From NCBI GenBank assembly GCA_048941285.1, contig JBHLNS010000006.1, positions 32,001 to 96,000 of the forward strand: a DNA stretch of 64,000 nt. Reading direction: 5' to 3'. Numbering within the stretch: the stretch's first letter is position 1; every line of letters begins with the position of its first letter. Shown in pieces: positions 50,294 to 59,987 of this stretch. The notes under the pieces are model-generated. The model had not been told where the DNA came from. It saw nothing but the letters and a program-made list of their open reading frames with translations, and ran no database searches. Origin of the DNA: Promethearchaeota archaeon. Lineage in GTDB: Archaea > Asgardarchaeota > Lokiarchaeia > Sigyniarchaeales > SOKP01. The position numbers and the translations under genes are program-made.

Positions 50294-51136
50294 CTATAAT
50301 AAGATATTAAAAATAGTTTGAATCCCACCTACGGCCTCTAAATATTGAGTAGGTGTCTTCTCTAATATGAAATTTTTCTTGTATTCTTCAAAATCAGTTT
50401 TTAAATAGCATTGAATATGCAATGGATCAAACGTATAAATGGGAAAACAGGATGTTGGATGTGCTCCAAAAGGCATTTTTACTACTGCACTTGTAGTTTG
50501 AATTGGTAATTGTGCTTTTCCCGGTAAATAGCGGATATCCTCTGTTTCAACCAATTTCTCGCATATAATAATTGTTTTTTTTGCTGTTTTAGCCATATCT
50601 GCATCCATCCATACTGCTCCAGCAATATTGCCATTCCCAAATTCATCAGCATAAGGTACATGAATTATTGCTATATCTAAATCAATCTTAGGTACTGCCA
50701 TAACTTGTGTTCCTGAACCGAGAGGATCATCAATTTGTTTAATGTCATTCCTTACTTTTGGCATATCTGTTCCGATGATACCTTTTAAAGGCATAAAAGG
50801 TACTTTTAAATAGGATGCTCTTAATCCTAAAGCGATTGTTGCTTCGCTTTCTTCAGATATTTTAATAGAACCAGATTCTACAGCTTTTCTAAAATTTGGG
50901 GCCATTCCGAAAATTTCCATACCAACGAAACAAGATCTAACTTCGGAGATGCACTCTGCGGCAATTAGCATATCAACTTCAATACCACCTACAAAAGTAC
51001 AAATTGATAGTTGTTTTTTATCCTGCCTTATAATCTCCTGGCAGGCACTTATAGGCTTTCTCCAAAAAGATAATCCACCAATTCCCACCAAGTCCCCATT
51101 TTGAATATTCGTAGATATAGCTTCTTCTAATGACAT
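50294..51136 (-). CDS. class I CoA-transferase-fold protein, alpha subunit (GctA/IpdA-like)
   Basis: GD...IGG....RKP, EIIRQ, PFMP..G..GTD, D.A.IH...AD..GN, PFGAHPTSC; possible ATT start at 51154. Confidence 0.87.
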   Translation of the reverse strand: MSLEEAISTNIQNGDLVGIGGLSFWRKPISACQEIIRQDKKQLSICTFVGGIEVDMLIAAECISEVRSCFVGMEIFGMAPNFRKAVESGSIKISEESEATIALGLRASYLKVPFMPLKGIIGTDMPKVRNDIKQIDDPLGSGTQVMAVPKIDLDIAIIHVPYADEFGNGNIAGAVWMDADMAKTAKKTIIICEKLVETEDIRYLPGKAQLPIQTTSAVVKMPFGAHPTSCFPIYTFDPLHIQCYLKTDFEEYKKNFILEKTPTQYLEAVGGIQTIFNILL

Positions 51137-51239
51137 TAATTTACTCTGCCGAATTTATAATCTCCCCAATTGAAATGTGATTTTGTTAAAAATATATTTA
51201 GAATCAATTGTTGCTAAATTAAAAATTCTAATAATATTA

Positions 51240-51257
51240 TAGTGAATTTATTCACTA
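51240..51257. promoter_or_regulatory. palindrome upstream of the CoA-transferase-like operon
   Basis: TAGTGAAT-TT-ATTCACTA. Confidence 0.4.
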
Positions 51258-51980
51258 GAATAAATTTTAGCAAATAATTTTATCATTTTAGCAATTGTTT
51301 ATTAAAATGAATTCTTGAAGCTAATCCACCATTAGAAAATAAAGCAAGAATTAATTTAAATTAAAATAAGGATTAATTCAAATTTAGTTCCCATATCGGA
51401 GATTTGGAAATTAACATGAAAAAAAGCAATATTGCAGTTCAGACCTCATAATGAAGGACAAATCTCATAGTGAAGCAATAATCATGTTATTCTTGATGAA
51501 ATAGAGTTACTGTATCACTAGACGTATTTCAAATTTTGGTTTATGAACCTGTTACATTTACTTATCTTCCGTTTATGTCTTACTTTTTCTAATTTTGGCC
51601 TTAATTCTTCCATAATTAGGTTTAAAGCCAAATTCCTAATTTAGAAGATTCATAATTAAATTAAAAGCCTTTCTCGAATTTTGAGATATAATCATATTTT
51701 TAATTCAATTTTATATAGCTTGTACTAATTTAAGAATAATTAGGATAACAATTATAAATCTAACCACCTTTTAAATCAAACAAGTGGCTTAGTTCAGATA
51801 TAATAGTTTGAAAAGCGGTTTTTAAGAGTCAAAGGGTCCTAAATGGTATTAAAAATACAAAAATTTAAATATCTACGATTTCTTTAATTTATTATTAGGT
51901 ATATTATTATTAATATTTAATATATTATAAAAGTACAGTTTAGGTGAATCTTTATATGATCTGGAATATCTCAATAATGG

Positions 51981-52110
51981 TGATTTTTGCTGAGGTAAGC
52001 AGTATGTATTATAGCTTTCCTGGGGCTATCTATTGTCAGTTAGATCATAAGAAAGCTCCTAAAATGAGTAACATATGACCTTAGGGTTTAAAACTCAAGG
52101 GCTTATCAAT
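51981..52110 (+). ncRNA. candidate structured leader RNA (riboswitch-like) upstream of MFS
   Basis: TTTATAT box at 51951-51957, then three adjacent hairpins (51989-52040, 52045-52078, 52079-52100) in a locally GC-enriched patch. Confidence 0.35.
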
Positions 52111-52290
52111 TTTTACATTCTATAATTTAGATTTGAAAATAGGAAGTAAAAAAGATAAAATATAATTAAGAAATCTCAAAAAATTAAGATTTCATACTAA
52201 TAAAATTAATTTCAATTTAATAATAAAAAGAAGGTAAGCTAAACGTAAACAGATAAAATTGGAAATTGAATTGGTTTAAAGGTGATCTAA

Positions 52291-53529
52291 ATGAGCTTGG
52301 TCCATGAAACAAATGTTGAAAGTAAATTAATAATGACTAAAAAGGACAAGGTTCAAAGATCAAAATACAAATCAAATATTATTAAATTATACTTCTTTAA
52401 TTTCTTTGTTGGGTTTTCTCTTATTTCAGGTATTTTGATCCCCTTTTACTTAATCTATGGGGGATTTACTTTTTTTGAATTTATGTTATTGCAGAGTTAT
52501 TATGCTCTTATAGTAATTATCTTAGAAATTCCATGCGGTTTAATAGCGGATCGAGTTAGCAAGAAATTTGCTTTCATATTAGCAGGAATATCATATCTTT
52601 TAATTCCTTTTGTTTATGGAATCGCACCGAACAAACTTCTTTTTTTTGTAGGAGAAACCTTATTTGCGTTTAGTAACGCTTTAATTTCAGGGACTAATGA
52701 AGCTATAGTATACGAAAATCTGAAAATGATGGGAAAAGAAAACCTAATCATGAAAACCATAGCAAAAAATGATGGAATGTTTCTTTTAGGGATTATCATT
52801 TCAGCTCCATTAGGTTCAATTATTGCTAATTTAATTTCAATAAGAATGGTGGTTTTACTCATGATCTTACCTTATTTCATCTGTCTTTTTATTACTTTTA
52901 CTATTCATAAAACCAACAGAACAGGCGATCCTAAAAAGAAAACTACTCAAATTCTGAAATCTGGGTTTAAATTGCTTTGGAAGAATAAAGTTCTTAAGAT
53001 CTTAGTATTTGAAAAGATAATAATTGAAATAATCATAATTTTTTTAGTTTATACATATCAATTTTACATTCTTTCCGAATTCAGTATTCCCTTATTATAT
53101 TTTGGCTTTATCGACGCTGGTTTGAATCTTTCACACTTTATGTTTTTAAATTTAATTCCCCATTTAACAACTAACAGCATAGATAAAAAAAAAGTACTTT
53201 TGATAAATACTATTATTCCTGGGGTGGGCTACATTTTAATTGCTATAATTAATTTCATTCCAGCAATTATATTTCTATTTTTAATAGTAATTGGTTTAGG
53301 AATGTCAAGATATATAATATTTACTAATGGAATTAATAAACAGATTGAAGAAAATAACAGAGCTACAATTTTGAGTACTATTAATGTAATATCTGGAACT
53401 TTAAAAGCAATTTTGTATCCATTAATAGGAATCTTAGTTATCTTCAATATAAACTTTCTGTATGTGATTTTTGGAATTTTAATTGTATTTTTTGCATTAA
53501 AATCTAAAATTAAAAAAGAATATCTTTAA
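52291..53529 (+). CDS. MFS transporter
   Basis: LEIP.G..AD...K, SGT..A..YE, RAT..S; about 12 TM helices. Confidence 0.9.
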   Translation: MSLVHETNVESKLIMTKKDKVQRSKYKSNIIKLYFFNFFVGFSLISGILIPFYLIYGGFTFFEFMLLQSYYALIVIILEIPCGLIADRVSKKFAFILAGISYLLIPFVYGIAPNKLLFFVGETLFAFSNALISGTNEAIVYENLKMMGKENLIMKTIAKNDGMFLLGIIISAPLGSIIANLISIRMVVLLMILPYFICLFITFTIHKTNRTGDPKKKTTQILKSGFKLLWKNKVLKILVFEKIIIEIIIIFLVYTYQFYILSEFSIPLLYFGFIDAGLNLSHFMFLNLIPHLTTNSIDKKKVLLINTIIPGVGYILIAIINFIPAIIFLFLIVIGLGMSRYIIFTNGINKQIEENNRATILSTINVISGTLKAILYPLIGILVIFNINFLYVIFGILIVFFALKSKIKKEYL

Positions 53530-53626
53530 ATGAAAACAAGTATTAAATCAAAAATATTAAGAATTACTTCTAGTTTTTGTATTATTACAAAATATATACT
53601 TAATTTGTGGTTGTTAGCTTTAAACA

Positions 53627-54586
53627 ATGTTTGAACTTAAGAAGCTAATAGGAAATACAACATTTACTGAGGCAAAAAACTTAGCTAATTTATTAGGATG
53701 TGAAAGACTATATTTAAAATTTGAAGGTAGTAACCCAACTGGAACTCAAAAAGATCGAATTGCATTGGCCTTAATTGAAGATGCTGTCAAAAATAAATAT
53801 AAAGTTATAACAACTGCCACATGCGGCAATTTTGGAGCAGCATTAGCATATGTGGCAAAAAATTTTGGTTTGGAAACTCACGTCTTTATCCCCACAAATT
53901 ATCATCCTTCGAAAAATAGAATTAATTACTTATATCAAGCCAATGCTCATATTCACTATATTGAGGGCCATTATGAGGATGCTGTAAATTATTCGTCTGA
54001 AATTGCAGAAAATCAAGGCTTCTATAATGCTAATCCAGGTATACCGCAAGTTAAAGAAATTTCCTTTCTCGCATATAGTAAAATCTCCTTGGAATTATTT
54101 CGAACTTTAAGAAGAGCACCTGATTATATTTTTTGTCCAGTAGGGAATGGAACAACTATAACAGGAATTTATATCGGTTTTAAAAACCTATTTGAAGATG
54201 GCAAAATATCAAAAATACCTAAAATAATAGCTACAAGCACTAAAAAAGGAAATCCTATTATAAAATCATTTAAATTAAAAACTAAAATAGTATTAGATTT
54301 ATCTCCAGATGAAATTAGGGAAAGTAGAATCAATGAACCTTTAACAAATTGGCATTCATATGATGGTCAAGAAGCTCTAGATGCAATATATGCTTCTAAT
54401 GGTTTTGCCGATTATGCTTCTGATTCTAAAATGATTGAATTTTCTAGAATTTTGAGAGAAGAACAAGGTTTAAATGCCTTACCCGCGGCTACAAGTACTT
54501 TAGCAGTTTTATCAACTTTAAAGAGGGGTGCGGTCACTTTAAAAGGAAATTATGTAGCAATTCTAACGGGGAGAGATTTTAAGTAA
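53627..54586 (+). CDS. fold-type II PLP enzyme (threonine synthase-like)
   Basis: LYLKFEGSNPTGTQKDR, ATCGNFG, PVGNGT, ILTGR. Confidence 0.87.
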   Translation: MFELKKLIGNTTFTEAKNLANLLGCERLYLKFEGSNPTGTQKDRIALALIEDAVKNKYKVITTATCGNFGAALAYVAKNFGLETHVFIPTNYHPSKNRINYLYQANAHIHYIEGHYEDAVNYSSEIAENQGFYNANPGIPQVKEISFLAYSKISLELFRTLRRAPDYIFCPVGNGTTITGIYIGFKNLFEDGKISKIPKIIATSTKKGNPIIKSFKLKTKIVLDLSPDEIRESRINEPLTNWHSYDGQEALDAIYASNGFADYASDSKMIEFSRILREEQGLNALPAATSTLAVLSTLKRGAVTLKGNYVAILTGRDFK

Positions 54587-54633
54587 AATAAAACTTATTT
54601 AAATAAAATTTGATAATTATAGCAAACATAAAC

Positions 54634-55170
54634 TTATAATTCTAATACCATCGTTAAATTTTCATTATCATTTCTCTCTTTAAGACTGAATCCTAGATTT
54701 TTGTAAAAGTTATATAATAAAATTTTCTTTTCATCAATTTCTTCAGTTTCTACGCGTATATACTTATATTTCTCTTTTTTCAACCATTTAATAAACCATG
54801 ATAATACTTGAACACCAATCCCTTTACCATAATTTTTAACAGCAATAGTATCTAGAAAAAATGTTTGTTTTTCTTCGTCAGGAAATAAATAACCTAATAA
54901 AGTAGCTTCAAGTTTATTATTTACTAAAATAAAGAAAAAAACTATGTTATCGTTGCCTAATCTTTTTTCCATTTCTTTAAATGAGTATCTTAATTCTTCT
55001 CTAAAAGCTATATTTTCAATTTCCTGAAACCATTCATAATATTCATTATTCCAAGTATCAGGAAAAATTAATTCTATTGAGCTATCCAACTTTTTATTCA
55101 ATTCTATTTTTAAAGATCTCCAAATAGAATTATTTTTTTTAAAATTTGAGGGATTTAATTTTAGACTCAT
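54634..55170 (-). CDS. GNAT family N-acetyltransferase
   Basis: LDTIAV...GKGIG, FYKNLGF. Confidence 0.83.
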   Translation of the reverse strand: MSLKLNPSNFKKNNSIWRSLKIELNKKLDSSIELIFPDTWNNEYYEWFQEIENIAFREELRYSFKEMEKRLGNDNIVFFFILVNNKLEATLLGYLFPDEEKQTFFLDTIAVKNYGKGIGVQVLSWFIKWLKKEKYKYIRVETEEIDEKKILLYNFYKNLGFSLKERNDNENLTMVLEL

Positions 55171-55203
55171 GAATTATTTGAATTTATGTTAAGATTAATT
55201 AAA

Positions 55204-56202
55204 TTAATGTAAATTAAGGCCATAGCGACAACAGGCAGATTCTAAAATGCGTTGAATTAACTGATCATAAGTGTATCCAGATTTCATCGCCATAAATGGA
55301 TAAAATGAAAAATCATTATTTTCAAGATCAAAATCAATACCAGGGAGAGGATTTATCTCCAAAAAGTAAATTTGATTCTTAGTATTCATTCTAAAGTCAA
55401 TTCTGCCAAAGTCTCGTATATATAAATATTTCCAAATATTAATTGAAATTGTTTGCAATCTTTTTTTTAAATCTTTTGGGATTTTTGCAGGGCAAATATA
55501 ATGCTCTAGTGAATCATAAGTAGTTTTAGCTCGCTGTCCAAATACATTACCTATTTCCTTAGGTAATTTAGAATAATCTATTTCTAGAATTGATAACACT
55601 TCCGGATTTTCCCCAGGTCTTCCTAATAAACCTACGCTAAATTCGCGACCTTGAATAAATTGTTCAACTAAAATTGATTGTTGATAAGTATCTAATAAAT
55701 TCTTAAGTTTAATTTTCAAATTATCCATATCAAAGACAACATTGTCTTCATTTATCCCCATAGAAGAACCTTCTTCATTTGGTTTTAAAATGACGGGGAA
55801 AGAGATATCAAATTCGCTGATCTCTGTAATATCTGAAACTGTAATAAATTTAGGAGTTAAAATTTTATGATATGCTAAGCACTTTTTTGCCCATGTTTTA
55901 TTTAATCCTATAGCCGTTGTCAGTACATTAGAACCTACATAAGGAATCTTTAACATCTCCAACATTGCGGGTATATGAGATTCTCGACTTTCTCCTCTAA
56001 TACCTTCTGCTCTGTTAAATACTAAATCAGGTTTAATTTTTTTCAAATTTTCAAAAACATTTTCATCAGCTTCAATAAATTCATAATAATTTCCTGTTTG
56101 TTCAATACCATGTTTTATTAGTTGAATAGTATGAGGTGGATCATACTCAATTTCAAATTCAGAAGCTTCCTTCCTAGTATTTAATACAACTGCAATTTTC
56201 AT
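55204..56202 (-). CDS. D-alanine--D-alanine ligase-like ATP-grasp enzyme
   Basis: IPYVGS, KP..EGSS.GI, E.FI.GREF, RIDFR, LEINPLPG. Confidence 0.88.
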   Translation of the reverse strand: MKIAVVLNTRKEASEFEIEYDPPHTIQLIKHGIEQTGNYYEFIEADENVFENLKKIKPDLVFNRAEGIRGESRESHIPAMLEMLKIPYVGSNVLTTAIGLNKTWAKKCLAYHKILTPKFITVSDITEISEFDISFPVILKPNEEGSSMGINEDNVVFDMDNLKIKLKNLLDTYQQSILVEQFIQGREFSVGLLGRPGENPEVLSILEIDYSKLPKEIGNVFGQRAKTTYDSLEHYICPAKIPKDLKKRLQTISINIWKYLYIRDFGRIDFRMNTKNQIYFLEINPLPGIDFDLENNDFSFYPFMAMKSGYTYDQLIQRILESACCRYGLNLH

Positions 56203-56268
56203 TATATTTTCAATTATTGACTAGATTATTAACTAAAAAAATGTTTAGAATATAATTAATAGTAAATC

Positions 56269-57639
56269 TTATAATTCAAATTTAGACAATTCCTCTTTAT
56301 AGATGGATAACACGTCATTTTTCAATTCTTTAGGTAACGACATTGGTTCATAAATCGAACAAAATTTATTAAAAAGCTCATCTTCTCGACTTTTAGCTTC
56401 TTCAAATAAACCTCTTTTTATAAACTCTTCAATTAAATCTCCTTTAATTCCTTTTTTAATGGCACTATAAAATGCAAATAATTGTTCATCTCTAGCTACT
56501 TCTGTATTGGCATAAGTAAGATTTGACTTACTTCCAAATAATGTATAGAATGGTTTAAATTCCTTTTTTAGCATATCATTTTTTAGTCCAATTAGCTTTG
56601 GATCTAATCCACTCCCAACACACAATAGATACATTTTCGCGCAGACAGAACAATTATGACACCAACGATAATCTCTTCCAAACTCATTTTCAGTAAAACA
56701 ACTCATTTGGTACTTCGCAATATGTGGATAACGATGAATTAGCATATATTGTATCATCATATCCATTAATGGTTCGATTAAACTTCCCGTAATTACTGAA
56801 TGACCTGAAAAAATTTGAGTTATTTGACTTATATGTACTGTCCAAAGATGAGATTGATCATAAGCAGGATAAATTAACCATTTATTCGAACTGTCCATAT
56901 AGGAAGCTGCAGTCGTTTGTTCATTACCAAAAAAGATATATTTTCCATTGAGTGCATATGCAAAAGGGATAAATTCAATTGCATATTCTGTATTTTGCAA
57001 ACCCCATCCGAACTCAGATTTTGGTAAACCTAAATAATCATAATCCCTCAATTTCCCTGTTTCATGAGTGAGAATGTGTAAATTTTTTCCAAATTCTTTT
57101 TTAAATTCATTTGCTAAAATTCTTTTATGTTTTTCCTCGTATGTTAAGCTTTGTTCTACCACATATATAATTTCTGGTTTTAAATTAATTTCTTCTGCCA
57201 CAGCATATGTTAAAAGACTATCTTTTCCAAAACTCATTCCAATTAAAGCTTTATATGCTCCTTCTACAGGTTTATCAGAAGGATTTACTACTTCTGGATT
57301 GATAAATTGGAATTCGGTGTTTAAAAATTGACGGATTACGACATCGGTATTAAGGCCATCGACCTCGGTGCAGGAAGGAATATCTTTTAAAAAATTTTGC
57401 ATAAAGTATGGTTCTAATAAAGGTCTTCCCGAATAATATCTAATTTTCATTTTATTGTATATCAATGGTAGATGCATTGTTGTTACGAGCACTAAATTAT
57501 CTTTTAACGCCTCGCATGTTTGACTAGGTGTTGAATTCCAAATATTTTCTCCAAAATCAATAGGATATTGAACTGCTTGAAATTCTATCTGCATCCCAGT
57601 TTTAGTAGTTGATGAATAGATTTCTAAAAAATTATTCAA
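56269..57639 (-). CDS. PP-loop ATPase of MurL-like (peptide epimerase) architecture
   Basis: SFGKDS PP-loop, GNE, SC...WCHNCSVC Cys cluster. Confidence 0.6.
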   Translation of the reverse strand: MNNFLEIYSSTTKTGMQIEFQAVQYPIDFGENIWNSTPSQTCEALKDNLVLVTTMHLPLIYNKMKIRYYSGRPLLEPYFMQNFLKDIPSCTEVDGLNTDVVIRQFLNTEFQFINPEVVNPSDKPVEGAYKALIGMSFGKDSLLTYAVAEEINLKPEIIYVVEQSLTYEEKHKRILANEFKKEFGKNLHILTHETGKLRDYDYLGLPKSEFGWGLQNTEYAIEFIPFAYALNGKYIFFGNEQTTAASYMDSSNKWLIYPAYDQSHLWTVHISQITQIFSGHSVITGSLIEPLMDMMIQYMLIHRYPHIAKYQMSCFTENEFGRDYRWCHNCSVCAKMYLLCVGSGLDPKLIGLKNDMLKKEFKPFYTLFGSKSNLTYANTEVARDEQLFAFYSAIKKGIKGDLIEEFIKRGLFEEAKSREDELFNKFCSIYEPMSLPKELKNDVLSIYKEELSKFEL

Positions 57640-57919
57640 ATGTAAAATCCTTTTCTTTTAATTTATATCTTATTTGATCCTTATGATTTGTCAAAATAAA
57701 ATTCTTACGTAAATCAAAAATTAAAAACTGTTAATTATAAGTCATTATGATGAAATCATAAATAAATGTTAAAACAAAAACTATTGAGAGAATATTAATT
57801 TATCAATGTCTTATACTTTCATGTACCTTATTTACAATTCTATAGTATAATTCTTTTTAATGTTTAATTATTTTTATAGAAACAAATAAATAAATACGAA
57901 GCTTGCTCTATTTGTTACT

Positions 57920-58354
57920 ATGAAATTATCGAGTAATGATTTTAAAAATAATCAGTTATTAGATAGTAAATTTTCATTACGTGGAGCGAATAAATCACCT
58001 CACCTGAAATGGGAGAAATCCCCCCCAAATACTAAGAGTTTTGCTATTTCCTGTAATGATCCTGATGCAACTGCAGGTGATTGGATTCATTGGCTTGTTG
58101 TGAATATTCCAAAACATATAAATGAAATTCCTCAAGGAGGTCCAATTCCGGGCGACCCACTACAAACTGATTTCGGAAAGACGGGTTATAGTGGTCCGGC
58201 ACCCCCTAGTGGTACGCATAAATACATATTCAAGGTATATGCACTAGATATTGATAGACTAAAAGGTGTCAATAAGAAGAATTTCTACGAAGAAATGGAA
58301 GATCACAGTATAATGTCTGCTGAGCTGGTTGGATTATATAAGAGTAAAAAATAG
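57920..58354 (+). CDS. YbhB/YbcL family PEBP (Raf kinase inhibitor-like) protein
   Basis: SP.L.W, DPDA...W.HW..NIP, Y.GP.PP.G.H.Y.F..YALD. Confidence 0.92.
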   Translation: MKLSSNDFKNNQLLDSKFSLRGANKSPHLKWEKSPPNTKSFAISCNDPDATAGDWIHWLVVNIPKHINEIPQGGPIPGDPLQTDFGKTGYSGPAPPSGTHKYIFKVYALDIDRLKGVNKKNFYEEMEDHSIMSAELVGLYKSKK

Positions 58355-58620
58355 AATTCTCTCTATAACAAAAAGTTAAAAATTGGGATAGTAGCAGCCA
58401 TGTTAAAACTATTAATAATTATTAAATTGCCTAAAATTTATGTAAAAGAAAGTAAATATTAAGGCATGTATTAAATAATAAACACTGGTTTTTTTTTTCT
58501 TATTAAAATTTATATTATTTAAAATCTAATAGTTTCCTATAAAATCATATTAGTCTAGCATTAAAAACTAATTAAATAATAGATTATTTCAGAATATAAT
58601 TAATTCTAGATGGAAAAACA

Positions 58621-59163
58621 ATGAGCATATCAAGAAAAAGATTAATGCAAGGGTTAGTTCAAGTTTACTTTGGACGAGGGAAAGGGAAAACAACAGCAGC
58701 TATAGGACAAGGAATACGTGCTACGGGACATGGTTTTAAAGTATATATGATTCAATTTATGAAGGGGAATTATAAATATGGTGAAATTGAAGCAATCAAA
58801 AATATCTCAAATTTTGAATTAAAACAATTTGGTAGCCCAGATCTCATCGCTGAACCAGGAGAATTCGATTTAGAAGAAGGTAAGAAGGCACTTGATTATG
58901 CAAAAGAAATTATTATGAGTGATGAATACGACATCGTTATCCTTGATGAGGTTGGGGTTGCGATCTCTATGAACGTCATATCTGTGGAACCCGTATTAGA
59001 ACTCATAAAAAATAAACCAGAAAAAGTCGAATTAATATTAACTGGTGGCCCCAATATGCACCCCAAAATAAAAGAATTAGCTGATTTAGTAACCGAAATG
59101 AGAATGATTAAACATTATTATGCTTCTAAAGGTATCAAAGCTAGATATGGAATAGAATATTAA
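58621..59163 (+). CDS. cobO: cob(I)yrinic acid a,c-diamide adenosyltransferase (CobO/BtuR)
   Basis: G.GKGKTTAA.G, QFMKG, ILDE, LTG, ADLVTEM, GIEY. Confidence 0.93.
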   Translation: MSISRKRLMQGLVQVYFGRGKGKTTAAIGQGIRATGHGFKVYMIQFMKGNYKYGEIEAIKNISNFELKQFGSPDLIAEPGEFDLEEGKKALDYAKEIIMSDEYDIVILDEVGVAISMNVISVEPVLELIKNKPEKVELILTGGPNMHPKIKELADLVTEMRMIKHYYASKGIKARYGIEY

Positions 59164-59525
59164 TTTAATATCTAAGAATTTAATCAAAAAATAAAAAAAA
59201 TGAATATAGATATATTTTATAATCTCATTGAAAATGAGCCTGAAAGAGAAACTTTTAATAAATTTGAATCAAGAGGAGATTATGTAAATTGGAAACAAAA
59301 ATTTATTGTAAAGGTATATCTTCTACAATTACACTATATACTATTAAAAATTTAAAGGGAAAAGAAAGAGAAGAGGTATTAAAAACCAAACCAAAAAAAT
59401 AGATTAAATTCGATCTGTCCATATTGTATTTCGCATTATTAAATATATGGATTGAAATTTCTATATTAAGACACTTAATTAGATAACTGATTAAATTTTT
59501 AATAAAAGAAAGGATAATCAAAATC

Positions 59526-59894
59526 ATGAATGAAGGGAAGACTTTTCAGATAAAAAAGATAATTTCTGTCTGCGGGTTAGATTGTGCTCAGTGTAAAATC
59601 TATCAAGCACCATTTAATCCAAGTATCGCTGATAAATTAGTTAGAATGTTTGATAATATGTGGGATAATGTAAAACCCGAAGACTTTCATTGTACTACAT
59701 GTAGGGGTGAAATTTCAGAATGCTGGACAAAAGAATGCTGGATTAGATATTGTTGTGTAAATGAAAGAAAATTAGAATATTGCTATCAATGCCAAGATTT
59801 TCCTTGCAAAGGGTTAGAAGAACGAGCAAAAAAAAATAAAAGATACATAGTAGCATTAAATAATCTTAAAGGAATGAAGAGAAAAGAGAAATAA
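59526..59894 (+). CDS. DUF3795-like Cys-rich protein
   Basis: CGLDC..C, C..C, C.IR.C......C..C..FPC. Confidence 0.82.
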   Translation: MNEGKTFQIKKIISVCGLDCAQCKIYQAPFNPSIADKLVRMFDNMWDNVKPEDFHCTTCRGEISECWTKECWIRYCCVNERKLEYCYQCQDFPCKGLEERAKKNKRYIVALNNLKGMKRKEK

Positions 59895-59987
59895 ATATCC
59901 AAATATCTAATTTCTTACAATTTCAGGTTTGAGTTCAAATTCCTCAATAATATTATACATTCTAGAAACAGCTTAATTGGTTAAATA

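Noticed and set aside
51300-51720. Possible pseudogene or 31 aa minus-strand ORF (MEELRPKLEK...) in the long intergenic gap
   Set aside because: Fragmentary with no family signal
51989-51994. GCTGAG suggesting a TPP riboswitch
   Set aside because: The downstream conserved CCTGAT...GCG.AGGGA elements are absent
2027-57331. The many short ORF-track entries overlapping real genes (e.g. 2027..2266, 4023..4301, 12890..13150, 14999..15274, 17684..18028, 23917..24231, 43025..43381, 57068..57331)
   Set aside because: Antisense or out-of-frame shadows of well-supported CDSs, with no RBS or motifs
59200-59403. Short + strand ORF (MNIDIFYNLIENEPER...) with a second overlapping frame, plus the minus-strand ORF 59303..59527
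   Set aside because: No RBS and no recognisable homology. It may be a decayed gene, but that cannot be supported; the LIENEPER match to MeaB is too short to interpret
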